From: Schmidtea nova
Lineage: Eukaryota
Assembly (NCBI GenBank): GCA_044892505.1
Contig: CM097882.1
Span: forward strand, 323,268,001-323,332,000
Direction: 5' to 3'
DNA: 64,000 bases
Part shown: positions 62,617-64,000 of the stretch, one piece after another
Numbering within the stretch: the first letter of the stretch is position 1
Layout of the letters: every line of letters begins with the position of its first letter
The notes under the pieces: generated by a model
Told to the model about the DNA's origin: nothing
Seen by the model: only the letters and a program-made list of their open reading frames with translations
The model's database searches: none
Position numbers and translations under genes: made by a program

Positions 62617-64000
62617 CTAACTTATCTGTCGCGCGTTGCTGCGATCTCAGAAGAAAGGAAATTAAAGAAAACTCGTTTTGATAAAATTCAATTTACATTG
62701 TGTCATTTTTGTTGAAACATTCATTTTAATATGGGAAAACAATTCAAAGTATCGTTTTAATTCTATTTATTTATTCGATTGCTTGTGGATATACGGAATT
62801 TTTGTTTTTCCATCTGATGCGTACACGAACATAAATCATTGCATCGTGTGCGTATTCATGTAAGTACCATGGACTTCCTGTGAATATAGCGGTAGTATGA
62901 CCATTTTTCCCAGTTCATTGGTATTACCATCAGTAGGAATTGTGTCGCGTAATTGAATATATTCTTCTGAGCGTAGTTTGGTTTGATTGAAGAGAAGTCG
63001 TTCGGTTTCGATTTTTGCATACAAATCGACAATGTATTAGTGGAAAAATTGCCGACATTTTAAAATATGATTGTCTTGGTTCTCACGAATCATCAATCGA
63101 TATGAATAGTAATTCATGGCACTGAATTTCTTATTTGTTTCCTCATGTGTTTGTGGATTTCTCATTTTGATGGTTAAATGATATCTATCTTCTTCTTGCC
63201 AGAATAAAACTGAATATTGCAGTGCATCGTATGAGCGATGAGTTTCGTAGACTCGCTGAACATTACCATATCCGCGATGAAGAATTATATCACGGGAGTT
63301 AAATTATTCGCCAACTCAGAAGATCGCCACTTCATTAATTCTTGGTGCGTTGTATTGCCTTTCGTGTTGGGAGGCTGCTGTTTTGTCAGCTCTAATAACA
63401 ACAACGTAATCATCAGTTGGCATTCACTCGAGAGTCGTCCTGAACAGTCGAACTAATTCGTTGTATTGATCGAATAAATTTTGTAATGCAGCAACAATTT
63501 TTTTATTAGTGTTGGTATAGAATCGACTACGTTGATCAACTTATTCATCAGTGATTCCCATGAAATAAATTGGGAGAAATTTGTGATCTGAATCCTAATG
63601 GTCGCGTATGTTTACCAAGAAATGTTTCGACTGGCTTGTGTCACCTGATATCAACGTTGATAATGGTTCGGGTGGTAAAAATATTTCTGACAATTTCACT
63701 TTTCTACATGCGCAGCACATTCCTTGAGTTTCATTCTTGAATTTCAATACACGTCAAAATTTGCATAACTTGTCCATTTTTCCAATAACGAAATTTTGAT
63801 GTTGACTTATTATAATCACCATCGTAATGGAACGCAGCAAGGTTCAAATCAGCGTACAGTGTCCGTCTCGATTGAACAATGCGTTCTCGATTGGTTCCCA
63901 GTCTTGCACTCCGTTGGTCAATATTTTTATTAAAATGGGAGGACTTGAACAGTGCGTACTAGACCGGTTTCCAATATTGATTCTCGTTTCTCTCCTGTTT
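62617..64000 (-). mobile_element. Internally deleted Helitron: Rep (Helitron_like_N) remnant joined to the 3-prime end
   Basis: CCACRKVKL, HKFLPIYFMG and VDMYAKIETERL..NQTKLRSEEYIQLRD..GKMVILP; 3-prime CGCAGCAACGCGCG...TTAG at 62617. Confidence 0.88.

Overview
This is AT-rich, repeat-dominated animal genomic DNA with four assembly gaps and several (TA)n tracts. Short introns (~47-70 nt) and a peptide-receptor-type GPCR pseudogene suggest a planarian-like flatworm (inference). Host content is two phase-compatible exons of a C6orf89/BRAP-like cupin protein gene (+), an unidentified multi-exon gene running off the left end (-), and a rhodopsin-type GPCR pseudogene split by a 12.8-kb nested insertion. 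Known mobile elements are a Penelope-like retroelement (RT + GIY-YIG) with a U3-A8 variant minimal hammerhead ribozyme, several hAT elements and MITEs with exact 8-bp TSDs, mariner, Tigger, piggyBac-bounded cargo, Helitron fragments and LTR remnants. The main unexplained signal is a family seen at about 12 loci. Complete units are 2.5-3.9 kb, have TG...CA ends and 4-bp TSDs, and lack RT, integrase, gag and internal LTR duplication. The better-preserved units carry a CCAAT/TATA promoter, an early splice donor, two novel ORF families (Trp-rich; coiled-coil with an Arg-rich motif) often preceded by splice acceptors, poly(A) signals, and a terminal ~200-nt three-domain RNA structure with compensatory base changes. 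The best reading is giant protein-coding solo LTRs, possibly with a Rev/Rec-like protein-plus-response-element system; the alternative is a new LTR-less integrase-mobilised element. All analysis was done by eye; no database searches were run.
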